Of a stretch of 64,000 nucleotides of DNA, positions 1 to 11,881 are shown one piece after another. The DNA is taken from contig OZ365112.1 in NCBI GenBank assembly GCA_977030845.1, forward strand, positions 12,028,001-12,092,000, read 5' to 3'. The notes beneath the pieces are model-generated. The model saw only the letters and a program-made list of their open reading frames with translations. It was not told the DNA's origin and made no database searches. Position 1 is the first letter of the stretch; every line of letters starts with the position of its first letter. Source of the stretch: Fimbriosthenelais zetlandica (taxonomy: Eukaryota). The position numbers and the translations under genes are program-made.

Positions 1-327
1 GGGGAGCCCTTTGAAATGCCTCTTTGTGCCATACATAGCCTTTTACTACTAATATGAGCTTTAGCTTATGGAAAAAAAATGGTTTGCTTGAAACCTTTTG
101 GTCTGTGATTAATTTGAAACTTAAATTGCAATATTTCTTTTCTTTATCCTCTTTCCGTTCACCCCATTACAATGTTTTCCTATCACTATTCCTATATATA
201 CTTTCATTGCCTGTTCTGCTATATGAATTGCTTGTCTGATTGCGGTCTTGGTTATGCTCATTAAGTGGCAAATCTGCCCTCCATGCCATAACAAGAAGGC
301 CAAATAAAGGGATAAAACCATAGTTTG

Positions 328-1061
328 CAGTGGTCGCGCTACCCATTCGCCACGTTCGCAAATGCGAAAAGAATTTGCCTGTGGCGAAAATATTTTTAAG
401 TTTATTCGCCACATTGGCGAATCAAAATTCTTACTAACATACTCGACAATTTGCTAAATTTTCTTGGTTGCCCTTCGGGCAACCTGTTATAGAATTCTAC
501 TTCCCCTTTTCAAGAGTCACTGGATCCTACAGTCATAAGCATTTTTGGGAAAGTAAATAAAAATTCTTGCAGATTTGTATTGTAGGCTATATAGGAACAC
601 GAACTTGGTGAAAGATTGCCTAAATCAAATCGTGACCTTGGTGTTATACCTAGAGCAAAAGAATTTTACCACAAATTACCGGTACAACTTCGCTTTCTAA
701 GAGAAGAAGAGTGAATATAGAATGCCAAGGTGGAGGACAGAGGGTTATAGGCCTAGTATTCATGGTCGAAGATGTCGCTAATGGAGAGAACTCAGAGAAG
801 TGGGTAACTTTAAGGGAGAGTGGGAAGGGCGGGATGGACGGGAGAAGAGATGAAGGGATGGTGTGGGAGGAAGGAAGGGAAAAATTGAGGGCACGAATAA
901 TTAGGGGATAGAGAAAAGGTGGGAGAGTCGAGAGAGGAGAGGTTAACGGGGGATGGGGGACATGAAAGTTTTGTGGCTAAAGACTTTTGATTGTGGCGAA
1001 TATAAATTGAAAACCATTCGCCACAGTGGCGAATTGTTTTCAAACCCCAGCGCGAACACTG
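328..1061. mobile_element. Non-autonomous DNA transposon (MITE-like), 734 bp, 13-bp TIRs and 5-bp TSD
   Basis: Left end CAGTGGTCGCGCT; right end reverse complement CAGTGTTCGCGCT (1 mismatch); GTTTG directly repeated at 323-327 and 1062-1066; subterminal near-palindromes ATTCGCCACATTGGCGAAT (404-422) and ATTCGCCACAGTGGCGAAT (1016-1034); no transposase ORF. Confidence 0.75.
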
Positions 1062-3534
1062 GTTTGGTCAACATGTCTACCAAGATGACATAGGCCATAG
1101 TAATGCCGGGACCTGAGTGGGCCCAAGGACAAGCTCTGACTAGTATAACATTCCTAATGTAAAATCTATCAATTTGTAATTTGGGGCAAGAGTAGAGATG
1201 ATGGGGGAACATGTCGGGAGATAGAGGTTATTAGCTTTTACCGTGATCACCTGCTTCTGCTTCCCTCCCTGGCCAATGGGGTGCGGACGACGGCGCCCAA
1301 AGCCGAGGTAGCCCCCAGGCCACAAGCCCCAATTTGTATGAATAAATAATAACAAGAGAACCTCTCACTGAAGAAGACTCAGTTAGATAGACTCAGATGA
1401 TGAAAACTAATTTATCTCTGTATACATTCTACGTGGGTGATTAATTGCTACTCAATTTGTCTTTATAGTTGATAGATTATGCTCATCTATTATTACATGA
1501 CTTTACACATTCAGCCATCACACTCTCACTCACTCATGACCTGCTCATTTGCCCTGAATTATGGAAACTAAAGAGTAAATCATTCCGTTCACTCATAAAT
1601 ATATATACCCCTCCTTCGACTATATACGCCTACAATTCTACATCATCTATAATGAATTGTTATTATTGGTGGTTATATAGACAGAGTAATGTAGCTGATA
1701 TAATTTCGAACTTGATCACCCATTGATGATCACTTGGTTATCAACGGCTAGCAATATCACTGTCTATGGTGAAGGGCGTGTAATAGAACCATTGCTGCCA
1801 TTCTGCAGGAGCATACTGTGGATAGCCGACAGCGTGTTTCCCTCCCTACCCTCGCCCTATGACCCTGACCCTATTGCTGTGACCAAGGCTTTCAATAATT
1901 CCTTCATCGCTATAAAATACAGCTCTAACACGAGCCCATGGGCCCAAATATATAGTAAAACGTATAAAATACTTTGCTGCAATTTCCATGAAAAAGAATA
2001 CTGATACCATAAGTGCCTCAGTTATACAATGCTCGGCATATCGACCATGGCAGTTAATGAGGTAGCAAGTACCACTTCTGGGATGGTTTTTTATTGGAGC
2101 CGGCTCGCCTGATTGGCTGGAGGGCTGAAGAGTCTCCCGATAATATTGATCCCAATCATTGGCCTTCTGTTATGGTACATAATACCACACCCATGGAGGT
2201 CAACCAAGTCTATCAGGTTATAAAAAGGAGGAATCTACATAACCTCTGTTTACATCTACCCTCCAACCCAGCCATGATTGATAGACCGTGGTTAAATTTA
2301 ATTATCCTTTGCCCTCTGCTCACAAGAGAACAACTTGTGGGCAGAGCTGAAAGTTTGTGTGAGGGGAGATGTAGGTCTGTTTACTGCCTGAAAGGTAGCT
2401 TTTTACGTGAGCAATCAATGCTATAATAGATGAATACAAAGCCCTTAACTTAGATCTTGCTGTTCTATGGAACGCTGCTAAAGATTAAGCACTCTGCCCT
2501 GTGATCTGAAAAGATAGTAAATAGTAACTTACTGGTTAGTTACTGTCTTTTGAGATCATAGGGCAGCACTACCATTTACTGCTTGGTTATTATGAAAAAG
2601 TCATTGTAAGAAATCCCCATCTCCATCCAACCAGATCAATATTACTTAAGTTTCCATCTCTTTGTCATCAAAAAGGTCTTGAAATAGAATAAGATATGAC
2701 TTGTCGATAGGGACTGGATGAAGAAGGAGCTGCTGATATCATTCCATGGATATTTTGCAGCGCCTTTTCTCCTCTCAACCACCCCTTGAGTTTGGCCTAT
2801 AAAATACCGGTTCATCCTCCCGAGCCAAGGGTAACTAACGAAGCCAGAGAGGCTGTCTACGAGAAAACAGGCCCATCACTCTCCTTAGTTCAGTTACCAC
2901 TCCTCTCAACTGTCTGCCCCTGTCTCCTTCATGACCTATTGGAAACTTTCTGGTCCAATAAGGCGAGCCAGATCAATGCTGATTATTGGTGTAACTTATT
3001 TGTGGAATTTTGATCACGTTATTAAGAAATGTGATGCCTAGAGTGATGCATACTGTACTCAATCCTGGAATATCTCTACTTTTATCAGCCAAAAATATTG
3101 CTTTTTTCGTCAAAGAATTTAGGATCTGGATCTGGTCAAATGTCGTTGCATACAGCTCATATTATGCTGATTGAAATAATGTTAAAATGATAGGAAAGAT
3201 CCAATTTCCATCAACTGCTTGCTCAGAACATTATAGTAAGAAGAATATTCATTTTTGACTGATCCCTTTCCTCTATAGATGAATCTTAAAAAATCCTGTA
3301 CCATTGAATTTCCCATATAATGTTTCGCTATAGATCCATTGTTATTTTGCGAGGAAACCAATTACATATCACCCACACAAGTCCTCCCAGTTGTTCCTAC
3401 AGAGACCTCCCCATCTTGTTCAGCAATCCGTGCCCTGCAGTTTTTCTATTGTCACTTAAATAAAACAGAATAATTGCCTGTAGACATTTTAAAAAAGCGT
3501 TGATTACACTGAAAAAAAATATTCCTAAGGGAAT

Positions 3535-3560
3535 GGAATGATAAGATGGAATGATAAGAT
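3535..3560. repeat. Perfect 13-bp tandem duplication (GGAATGATAAGAT x2)
   Basis: Read directly from the sequence. Confidence 0.9.
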
Positions 3561-6500
3561 GGGGTCTTATAGGTACTGAAAAACCTGGACAAAGACATAC
3601 CTTCTAAATGCATCACTAGTGCAGAAATCAATTAATATAAGCAAGGTATTAAGAGGCAGTGTTCACTGCATGTAAGAACCAATTAGTTGATTCCTTTAAG
3701 GGTATAGTTCCGGAGATGCCACTGAAGGTTCCACGAACTGCATCAAGTATTAGTAATTTCCATTTCCAGATTTCTTTATATGAAGTGACAGAAAGAGGGA
3801 GTGGGTTTGGAATTAATGCCAAAATGTAGGTTTATTTCCTGAGCATAAAAAATCATACATGACAGCAGGGAAAGCTGGGGCAAATTTACTAAAGGTGTCA
3901 GAGGACAAAAGGTGGCGGCAATTACTTATAGGAAAGATGTAAATGTAATTTTGCCCGTTTCTAGTGACAGGAGGGCCGTAACAATGGTAGGTTTTAATCA
4001 CATCATGGCGGCCATGGGAACAGGTGCATGGCGGGAGCGGAAGTTAATATCACGTGACATTGTAGGTTGAAGAACACGCCCTCTGTTGCTCTCAGGAGCA
4101 ATCATGTCCCCGCTGTTATTAGGCAGGCTGCAAGAGATTCTTTGCCCGGGGATGGCAATGGAAAAACTCCCGAGGAAATAAGGAAAATGAAACAAATTAC
4201 TTAAAATTATTTTCCAACTACCTATTGAAAGTTGACGCCATTTAAATGTAGCTGCCAGATTCTGTATTGTGTGAAAGTGAACAAACTTTGGCAGAGGAGC
4301 ATATTCCTAATTAGTTTGGCCCAATGTTGGTTATCAAGGCGAGCATTGGCATGAAGAGACTGCAGTAATAGGCCGTCATGCTGTCATTCGTTTTCCCTGC
4401 CATTAGTAAAGACATTAGTTTGCCTACAATGAGCCCTGAAATACAAAGCCTAAAGGTACCTCCATATATATGTATGAGTCTATAGTATGGATGAGGAGTT
4501 AAAGTAATTGCAACTTTGGCAATCAATTACTCAGACAAGACAAGCAGTAGATGACACCTGACCCAGGATGACCGGAAGTAGCTCAAATCCCTCAGGCACA
4601 TATATGGGCATCCTGGCTAATTTTCTCCAGGGGATGTTCGGGTTACCTTGGTAACCAATGGTTGAAGTCAGAGGGAGAGTTATTAGTGTAGGATTGTCTG
4701 TGCTAGCATGGTTACGTGTAATTAGTGGATGTATGCTTATGTCAATAGGTCTTTTCTATGACCTCAGGCAAAGAAAAACTACCACATTCTTTACTTGTAT
4801 TTTGGGTCAGCATGGCCTTGAAACTCAATTCCCTATCTGAAGATTTCTTTAAGACTTACACCTTAATTAATGTGACAGTCTCCAGCCCTATGTCCCCTGC
4901 CCCTACTGTCAACTTCTCTGCATCCTTCCACCCAAGCTGACGGTCAATGCTGTCACAATGGTCACTGTTATTCCCAAATGCAAATTTCAAAGAAAAAACT
5001 TTGCCTGGCCACTCAATCATCACTGCAAGGTGATCGTGATCACCCACCATGATACCATCGGGATTCCTTCAGAGATCTAATCTAATTTTTCTATTATTTC
5101 TGAAAGCATTTCTTAAAACCTCCTGAGTTGTCACTGATGCACTGATTAGGTTGTCACATGGAAGGTAAACAATAAGACTCATTGTATTTTAATGAGATGT
5201 AAAGTAACATGCAGGAATACCATCCATAAGATAATCAATCAGTTACCTTTCTGAGCAGCTCATGATCTACTTGCTCAACTGAAGTTGATGTTCTTAAGCT
5301 GACTTAAAGTGATGTATGAACGGCCTATAGATTAGGCATAGGGTTATTAGGAAGGGCCGTCTATTAGATCCCAGGCCGTTTAGACCAGACCATTACATGA
5401 CCAGCTCCAGGTCTAGGTCACCAAGACATTATAGCAATAATGATTATAAACATGGCTATAAAGGTCATTATCATAGCCATCATTATCCTTATCACAAAGA
5501 GAGGCATCTTTGTTTAAGGCTGAAGCCTACTAAGGTGTTTTATCATCGGTTCGCCACCCCTGATAATTGCTTTAAATTAAACTTTTAATTTCGTAATTAG
5601 TTTGTTACCCAATATGGCACCCAAAAGCAAAAGTAATAGCTTACTGCGATGAGTTTCAAGATTGAACGTGGGTTGCATGCATGGATGTGACCAAACGTTT
5701 AGATGAAAGGACTGTTAATTACTCTTTCAGAATTCTTTCAATCTAATTGCATACTCCATGGGAGTATGGACCCACAATGCTGCCTATTGCACCAACTAAA
5801 TTTATCCATTCTTGAATATGCAATTTGTTTCTCATTTACTCTGAACGACTATAGAGTGTCTCTTCCAGCACTCTTTAGTAATATTAAAAGATCAATGATC
5901 CTTGTGTAAATGGACCTTGAACTGCCATATACTATATAGTAAGCATGGACGTCTTAAATTTCCAAGGTATTGTCTGTGAGACAAAGACTAGGGAAGCAAA
6001 GGAAGTAAACAATAGGATCCGTCCTGTGGAACAAAAAGGATTGAAAAACCTTCAGGTGTCCACTGTAGCGTGTGTGTTTTTCCCACCATGCCAATAAACG
6101 CATCCCAGACTGGGCGGAAATAGAAGAATCTAAAGTGAAAGAGAAGAGGATGAAAAAGGCAGTCATGTAGAGACAAAGTGCTCTCCAATTCCCTTAGATC
6201 TAATAAAAGCTCTTTGGTCACATATACCCCATTTATTATTGGTATATATAGACCTGCCACATATGTTGGGACCAAAAAAGAGTGGAATTCACATGGGAGC
6301 CTCGGTATAGATATATGGAAGTGTTCGTCAATGGTGAGTCCTTTGGAGAGGAGTAAGGCATGGGGGAGAAGAACATAGTCGAACGTGACTCAGCTAGATC
6401 TCAGTCACCCTTAAAGCAACTATCCGCAATTATAAGGAAACACAAATTATTCATGTTTTGGATGAAGAATTCCAAAAGGGTCTCTTTAAATCAGTTGTGA

Positions 6501-8576
6501 TGACAAAATAATGACACAATATTACCCATATATATGATCTCCAAACAATCTTACATGAAAATTAAAATGATGCGGCCTGATATATTGATCAGGGGAATAG
6601 ATACAGACTTGCTGCCTGGGAACATGCTTATCAAGCCTCTCTGTATCTAGATAGAGATATTGTCAGTGACAGTTGTGACTGTAGGTTTGGTATGTATGGT
6701 GTGGGGGAGCGTGGCAGGGAGTCAGGTCTGAGTTATCCCTCCACCATGTTTCTATCATTGCTCTCACCTTCCATGATTTCCCACGAGTCGCCCCTGGATC
6801 TCACCTAATTATTACAACGCGTCTGATTACTCACCACAAAGTTAGTCTTGATCCAAGACTTGGGGGATTTTATTTTCCCATCTTTGTTTTTCCTCACCCC
6901 GTGAGATCATCAAAGGCTTTTTGACTTTGTATGTGAAACTACAAAGGTATACTACATTGTAGTGTGAAGAGAAAGGACCATTCATTGGCAGTGTTGCTGC
7001 CATTGGTGAAGTGCAGGAGTTACACCGCGAACTGGTTCTGTTTTATTTACAGGGGAGTCCTGTATTTCTTACAGGACGCCATGTAATATATATTTGCAGT
7101 GTCCTTTCCAGCTATTGGTACAGTACTGAGGTTGTGTATTTGGTATGAATGTGGTATATTCATAATTTGGCCCTGTATTCAACTTTTAACTTTTTCCCCA
7201 TCAAAGAATATTGCATGTGAAGAACGACCTAGTTATTGATTTATTTCAATCGTTGGTTTTATTATAGGGTTTATAAACATTAACGTTGAACAAGTCTAAT
7301 GCATTCTGTCAGATGAACTTGGTTGTTTGGTCGGCCCACAGGCGCCATGTGCTATATGTAATGACTCACGCTGGTCTTTTTACATGGACCCACTGTTTAT
7401 CCACCCATGTACCTATAAACATACTTTTTTCTTGCTTATATGCAGCCAGTCCCTGAGCTATGCACGAATGAGTAATATAGTACCATATTCAGTACTGCTA
7501 GATCAAGTACAGAACCTTGATTTTGGACAGGACAGCGGTGGGTTGGGTGGTGACCAGGCCATATTCCTGAATGAAAGCAAAACAAAATATTAATTTATGA
7601 GGATTATAAATTCTCTACCTTATATAATCATGTAAATATTGTATCCTAAATATCAGTATTTCTACGACATATGCCATTAACTCACTGGCCCCTGGTGCTT
7701 GATTGCTTTAGGAGGGAAGCAGTATGGTTGGAGCTGGGGCACTGCATCATGTATTTTGTATCAGTACCAATTCATGAAGCCTCCAGGTCCATGAAGCTGG
7801 CATCAAGAGGCCAAGGGGTCTGGATCCTTCTCTAGCTAGTTTGTCAAATGTAGGGGCAGACATAAAGGCTGGTGACGTCTGTCAAGTGGCCTTCCACTGA
7901 TGATGAAAAACGCCAAGGTGGATAACATGAGATGTATATGAGGTGGCTAGAGCTGGCAGAAATAGGTCACGATGGTCGAGCAAAACCAAGGGTCTGTTTC
8001 ATAAATCAGCGCATTTCTTGTACTTAAGGCAGACTTAAGTAAAGAGAGGTGTGTTAAATATAAATACAAGTCCATGATATTATTCAAAGGCCCTACCCAC
8101 GGTTATATAGCTCTGACATTTCAAATAGTAAATTTAAGAAGTTCAGAATAATTGTAATGGCTGTAATGATTGTTTTAATATTGAGGATGCTGTTATATAT
8201 TGCGAGGGTTGCAGAAAGATCTGCTCGCCCAGTTGGTTTTGGCGATGGCGAATTGAAAGGTTGGATATTAAATATTATTTCTGCGGTTAACTATAGTTAT
8301 AACTTCCTTTCTAAAACGCACATTTTTGTTAGAGAATATGTGAAGAGTTTAGCATTGTGGAAGCTAGGGTCAGTTGTCTGTATAGTCTTCTCTCCTTGCT
8401 GATGAGCTGGGAATGAGGAGGCAGAGGGTGGGCGCCTGAGTGATACCCAAGAGGGGGGACAGTGAAGAATGATCACTGCGCAGTCAGAAGGCCGCGTCTG
8501 TGTCTACTGGCCACAGGGACATCCTCCTGGTCAATATGCTCCACAAAGAACCTGTCTCTCAAGTGATTGTGTGCAG

Positions 8577-8727
8577 AAATTACATTAAAATAAGCAAAAA
8601 ATAAATGGGACACATGGCAAAAATTACATTAAAATGTGCAAAAAATATAATGAGACATATGGCACAAATTAAATTAAATGTGCAAAATATATTATGTGAT
8701 ACATGGCACAAATTACATTAAATGTGA
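8577..8727. repeat. Degenerate minisatellite, about 44-bp unit, about 3.5 copies
   Basis: Unit approximately AAATTACATTAAAATGTGCAAAAAATATAATGAGACACATGGCA, repeated in tandem with substitutions. Confidence 0.8.
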
Positions 8728-9708
8728 AAGAAATGGGGAAAAATATATGAGATAAATGCGCATACTGCCATGCACCAATGGCGTATATAAATGGCCCTAT
8801 ATAATTCAGGGTGTACCTAAAACCTCAGGCCATTCAATGCTGGCGTTGCACAGTGACAATGGGACAATAAATTTCCGCGAGCTTTTCTATTTATAACATT
8901 GGCCGTGGAACTCCTGCTGCCACCGTTTCTAATCTAGTGTAAGAATACTTTTACTATACTAAATTTATAGTTTCACTTTATCTCAATTTCTCTATCGTAG
9001 ATATTTTGAGCACCAACACCTCATTATGAGTCCATCATTGTAGTTTGGACGAAGTCCACCATTTATGTTATAGCCTATATTGATGTATTGTCTTTGTAGA
9101 GGGTGGTATATAGGATGGGAGATGATTGTAGTATAGTTTCTATGGTTACAGGATGATGGTCGTGAGATGGAACTGTTGCTATGGCTGCTGTTCATGTGGA
9201 GAAGGTCTAATTAATCAGGACTATCTGCCCTCCTGTCAGCATTGCCGCCATGTTGTCATAAGCTGACACCAATTCCATCATAATATCTTCACTAGATTGG
9301 ACACCATCATGCTGCTGTGATATATGTACGTATCACACTAGTATTGTACTGCTATACACCTTATACAATGCTGAGGTATTCTATATGATCTCATAAAGAT
9401 CCCAAGTCTTTTTTATTTATTAGGTTGCAATAAACTGTTTAAGTTGTATTGTGGTAGCCGTGACTATACATGATCCTGTTCCATGATCCAATGAATCAAT
9501 CACATTCAACAACTGAAATAGTAGATAATAGTTAGGTCAAGGCAAAGTATTAAGGTACTAAAAGACATGCTGGTTATATTTCTAAAGCTTTTATTTCATC
9601 TCATCAGTGTCTTGTTTTCTGGGCATGTATTGTCATTGTAAGAGATTTTGAGAGAAAATCCCATCAGCAGTGTTTAATTTGTGTTCCTAAAGACTTGCAA
9701 AAGATTAC

Positions 9709-9813
9709 CATTCGCAGAATGAAGGATGAAGGAATTTTATAAATTAAATCGGGAGGCAATTGGAAGCGATTTGGCAAGATGCCTTTAGAACCAAGCGCAC
9801 CCTGTGCCGCCAT
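9709..9813 (-). CDS. Candidate first coding exon of an unidentified leftward gene (MAAQGALGSKGILPNRFQLPPDLIYKIPSSFILRM)
   Basis: agATGGCGGC start, 35 open codons ending exactly at an ATG|gtaatc donor, in a CpG-rich patch; downstream exons not assembled and no homology recognised. Confidence 0.35.
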
Positions 9814-11807
9814 CTAGAAAGTTACTCAGACACTTAATAATCTGACTTCTTGTACTTGTAGTCAAACTCGTGCTTCTCCCATCCCGCCTGCGTTTTGCTG
9901 CACGCCAATCGTGAAGGATTTCGCGGGAAACATGGTAGTGCCTCACTGTGGCAAATCCCATCACCAAACCAAACTGACGGCGTCCACTTATTGAACAAAG
10001 ATGGCGGCACTGCTGACCATCCCACCAACACTTTGTCATTGAGAACTTGAGACTGCAAAGCAACCGACTTTGGTACGTAATGCCCTTTAAAAAACTATCC
10101 ATTTAGTACCCCTAAGAAGGATTAATTGGATTTAATAATATTATCTAACATATTTGATAATATTTAGTATATCGGACCCATGCAGGAATATTTGCATGAT
10201 TGCTTTTTTATCTATCTAATATATTAAATAACAGTAGGCCTATACATTCATCTTGCATTGGCCTAATTTCTGTTCTATAGGCTATACTTTGATAAATCTC
10301 TTTTGAATTAACATCCATATTGGCCTGAAATTGCCTACTCGGATGAATTTGCCCTCAATACTTTTGGTAAAGCAATGCAGCACCGGTTAAGCTGATGGTA
10401 TTCAATAGGCCCTACCGTTGTTTTTAATTAATGAGAAACTGAAACAGAGCTGCCCTCATATTTCCTTTATTCATCTCGATTATTTTCCTGGTCAGCAGGA
10501 AGTAATTTGAAAAGTATGGGAAGATTAAAAATCATGTTCATCTCAAACCTTTTTCTGATCAGCAGAAATAAAATTGAAGTGCACTTGATGAATATGAATC
10601 GTGTACCTGAACACTATATATGCGACTGGGTCGCCTCCATCAGTCCTGTCCCAGACGACTTAGTCGCCTCTCTAGGTAACTAGATATAACCTCTAGACGC
10701 CCAGTAAATCATATATCTATTGACTGGATTTAGGCTGAAGTTTATATATCAATCTAGTTTCCGTACTAGTCGTGACTGGCCGTGGGGGCGCTGCTGGTCA
10801 ATGTCTAGATAACTAAATAAGTGTAAGTGTTTGTAGGCAATCTTCTTGTGAGGAAGGGAAGCGGACGGCAGCGTTTATCTGATAGCCTCTAGGCCAGAAA
10901 TACCCCACTCCCTCCAAGCTTTACTGAGGAATCAATTACCAGAGGCGCTCACTTCAGCCTTCCCCCTACCACACCCAATTACTACACATATTCTTCTGGC
11001 ATTCCGAGCTAAATGAACTGACTAGGTTCCGGATCATAGCAATAGGGTGTGTCATTCTTCAGACTGATAGGTTCTTAAAGGGGGTGGAGGTCCTTGGGTA
11101 TATATGCATGGGTGGGGGTTCATAAACTGCCCCATATAAACAAACACGTTTTACTATCTTCACTAAGAAATAGTGCGGACTCTCAAAGATTCCCATGTCA
11201 TCTTTAGATTATTTCATTGCCATACAACCTACCTGGTCAATCTATAATTCAAACCCATAGTTTTAGCTCTTGAGTTACCATTTCATTTTACTTTATATAT
11301 CGACTGCACCAATCTGTAGGGATCATTTGGAGACCTGGTGCTTAGGCTACTTTCCATATATTACTTCCTAGCCTAACTTAATGGCACTACAAATCCCTGT
11401 TTCCCTGTACCGAAAAACCTCCCTCCTGATCTTATCAAGAGATGTGCCTGAACATACCAAGATACCAAGAGCATCTTTTTAGGTCGTGCCAGTCCTTATC
11501 TTCAATCTAAAAAGTCTCTTGCTTTTAAATTTGCGTTTAACACGGATTGCTATTTCAACTGTGTGATGGTTTTCCTTTGCAATTGTGATGGTGAATAAAA
11601 TTAGGTCGACTTGATGTGACAATTTTGCCCTGTTGGTAGTGAAAGTGGTGATAGTTTGGCGAGATGGCCCAATGATGTAAATGTATTGGAAGTTTGCACC
11701 GAATCCCGTCCCTGAGAATCTCCCTGGTGCCCCCTAGTGAAACATGAAGACCACCTCCGCGCGTGTCCCGCTGTGGCAGAGGGAGGGAGTCAGTGAGTGT
11801 AAGAAAG

Positions 11808-11881
11808 ATGGGGAGAATGAGCGACTCATTCAGTTTGGACTCATTCACAAGAGCAGCTCGACTACAGAGCAAACCACGCAG
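11808..11881 (+). CDS. Probable first coding exon of the synaptotagmin-like gene (MGRMSDSFSLDSFTRAARLQSKPR)
   Basis: aagATGg context; CAG|gtactc donor in phase 2, matching exon 12421. No homology support. Confidence 0.5.

Noticed and set aside
5397-5588. His/Tyr-rich ORF (MTSSRSRSPRHYSNNDYKHGYKGHYHSHHYPYHK...)
   Set aside because: Composition is explained by CAT/TAT low-complexity DNA; no splice or homology support
8290-8548. Minus-strand frame of about 80 codons interrupted by a single TGA (possible selenocysteine)
   Set aside because: No selenoprotein-like motif around the TGA and no SECIS recognised
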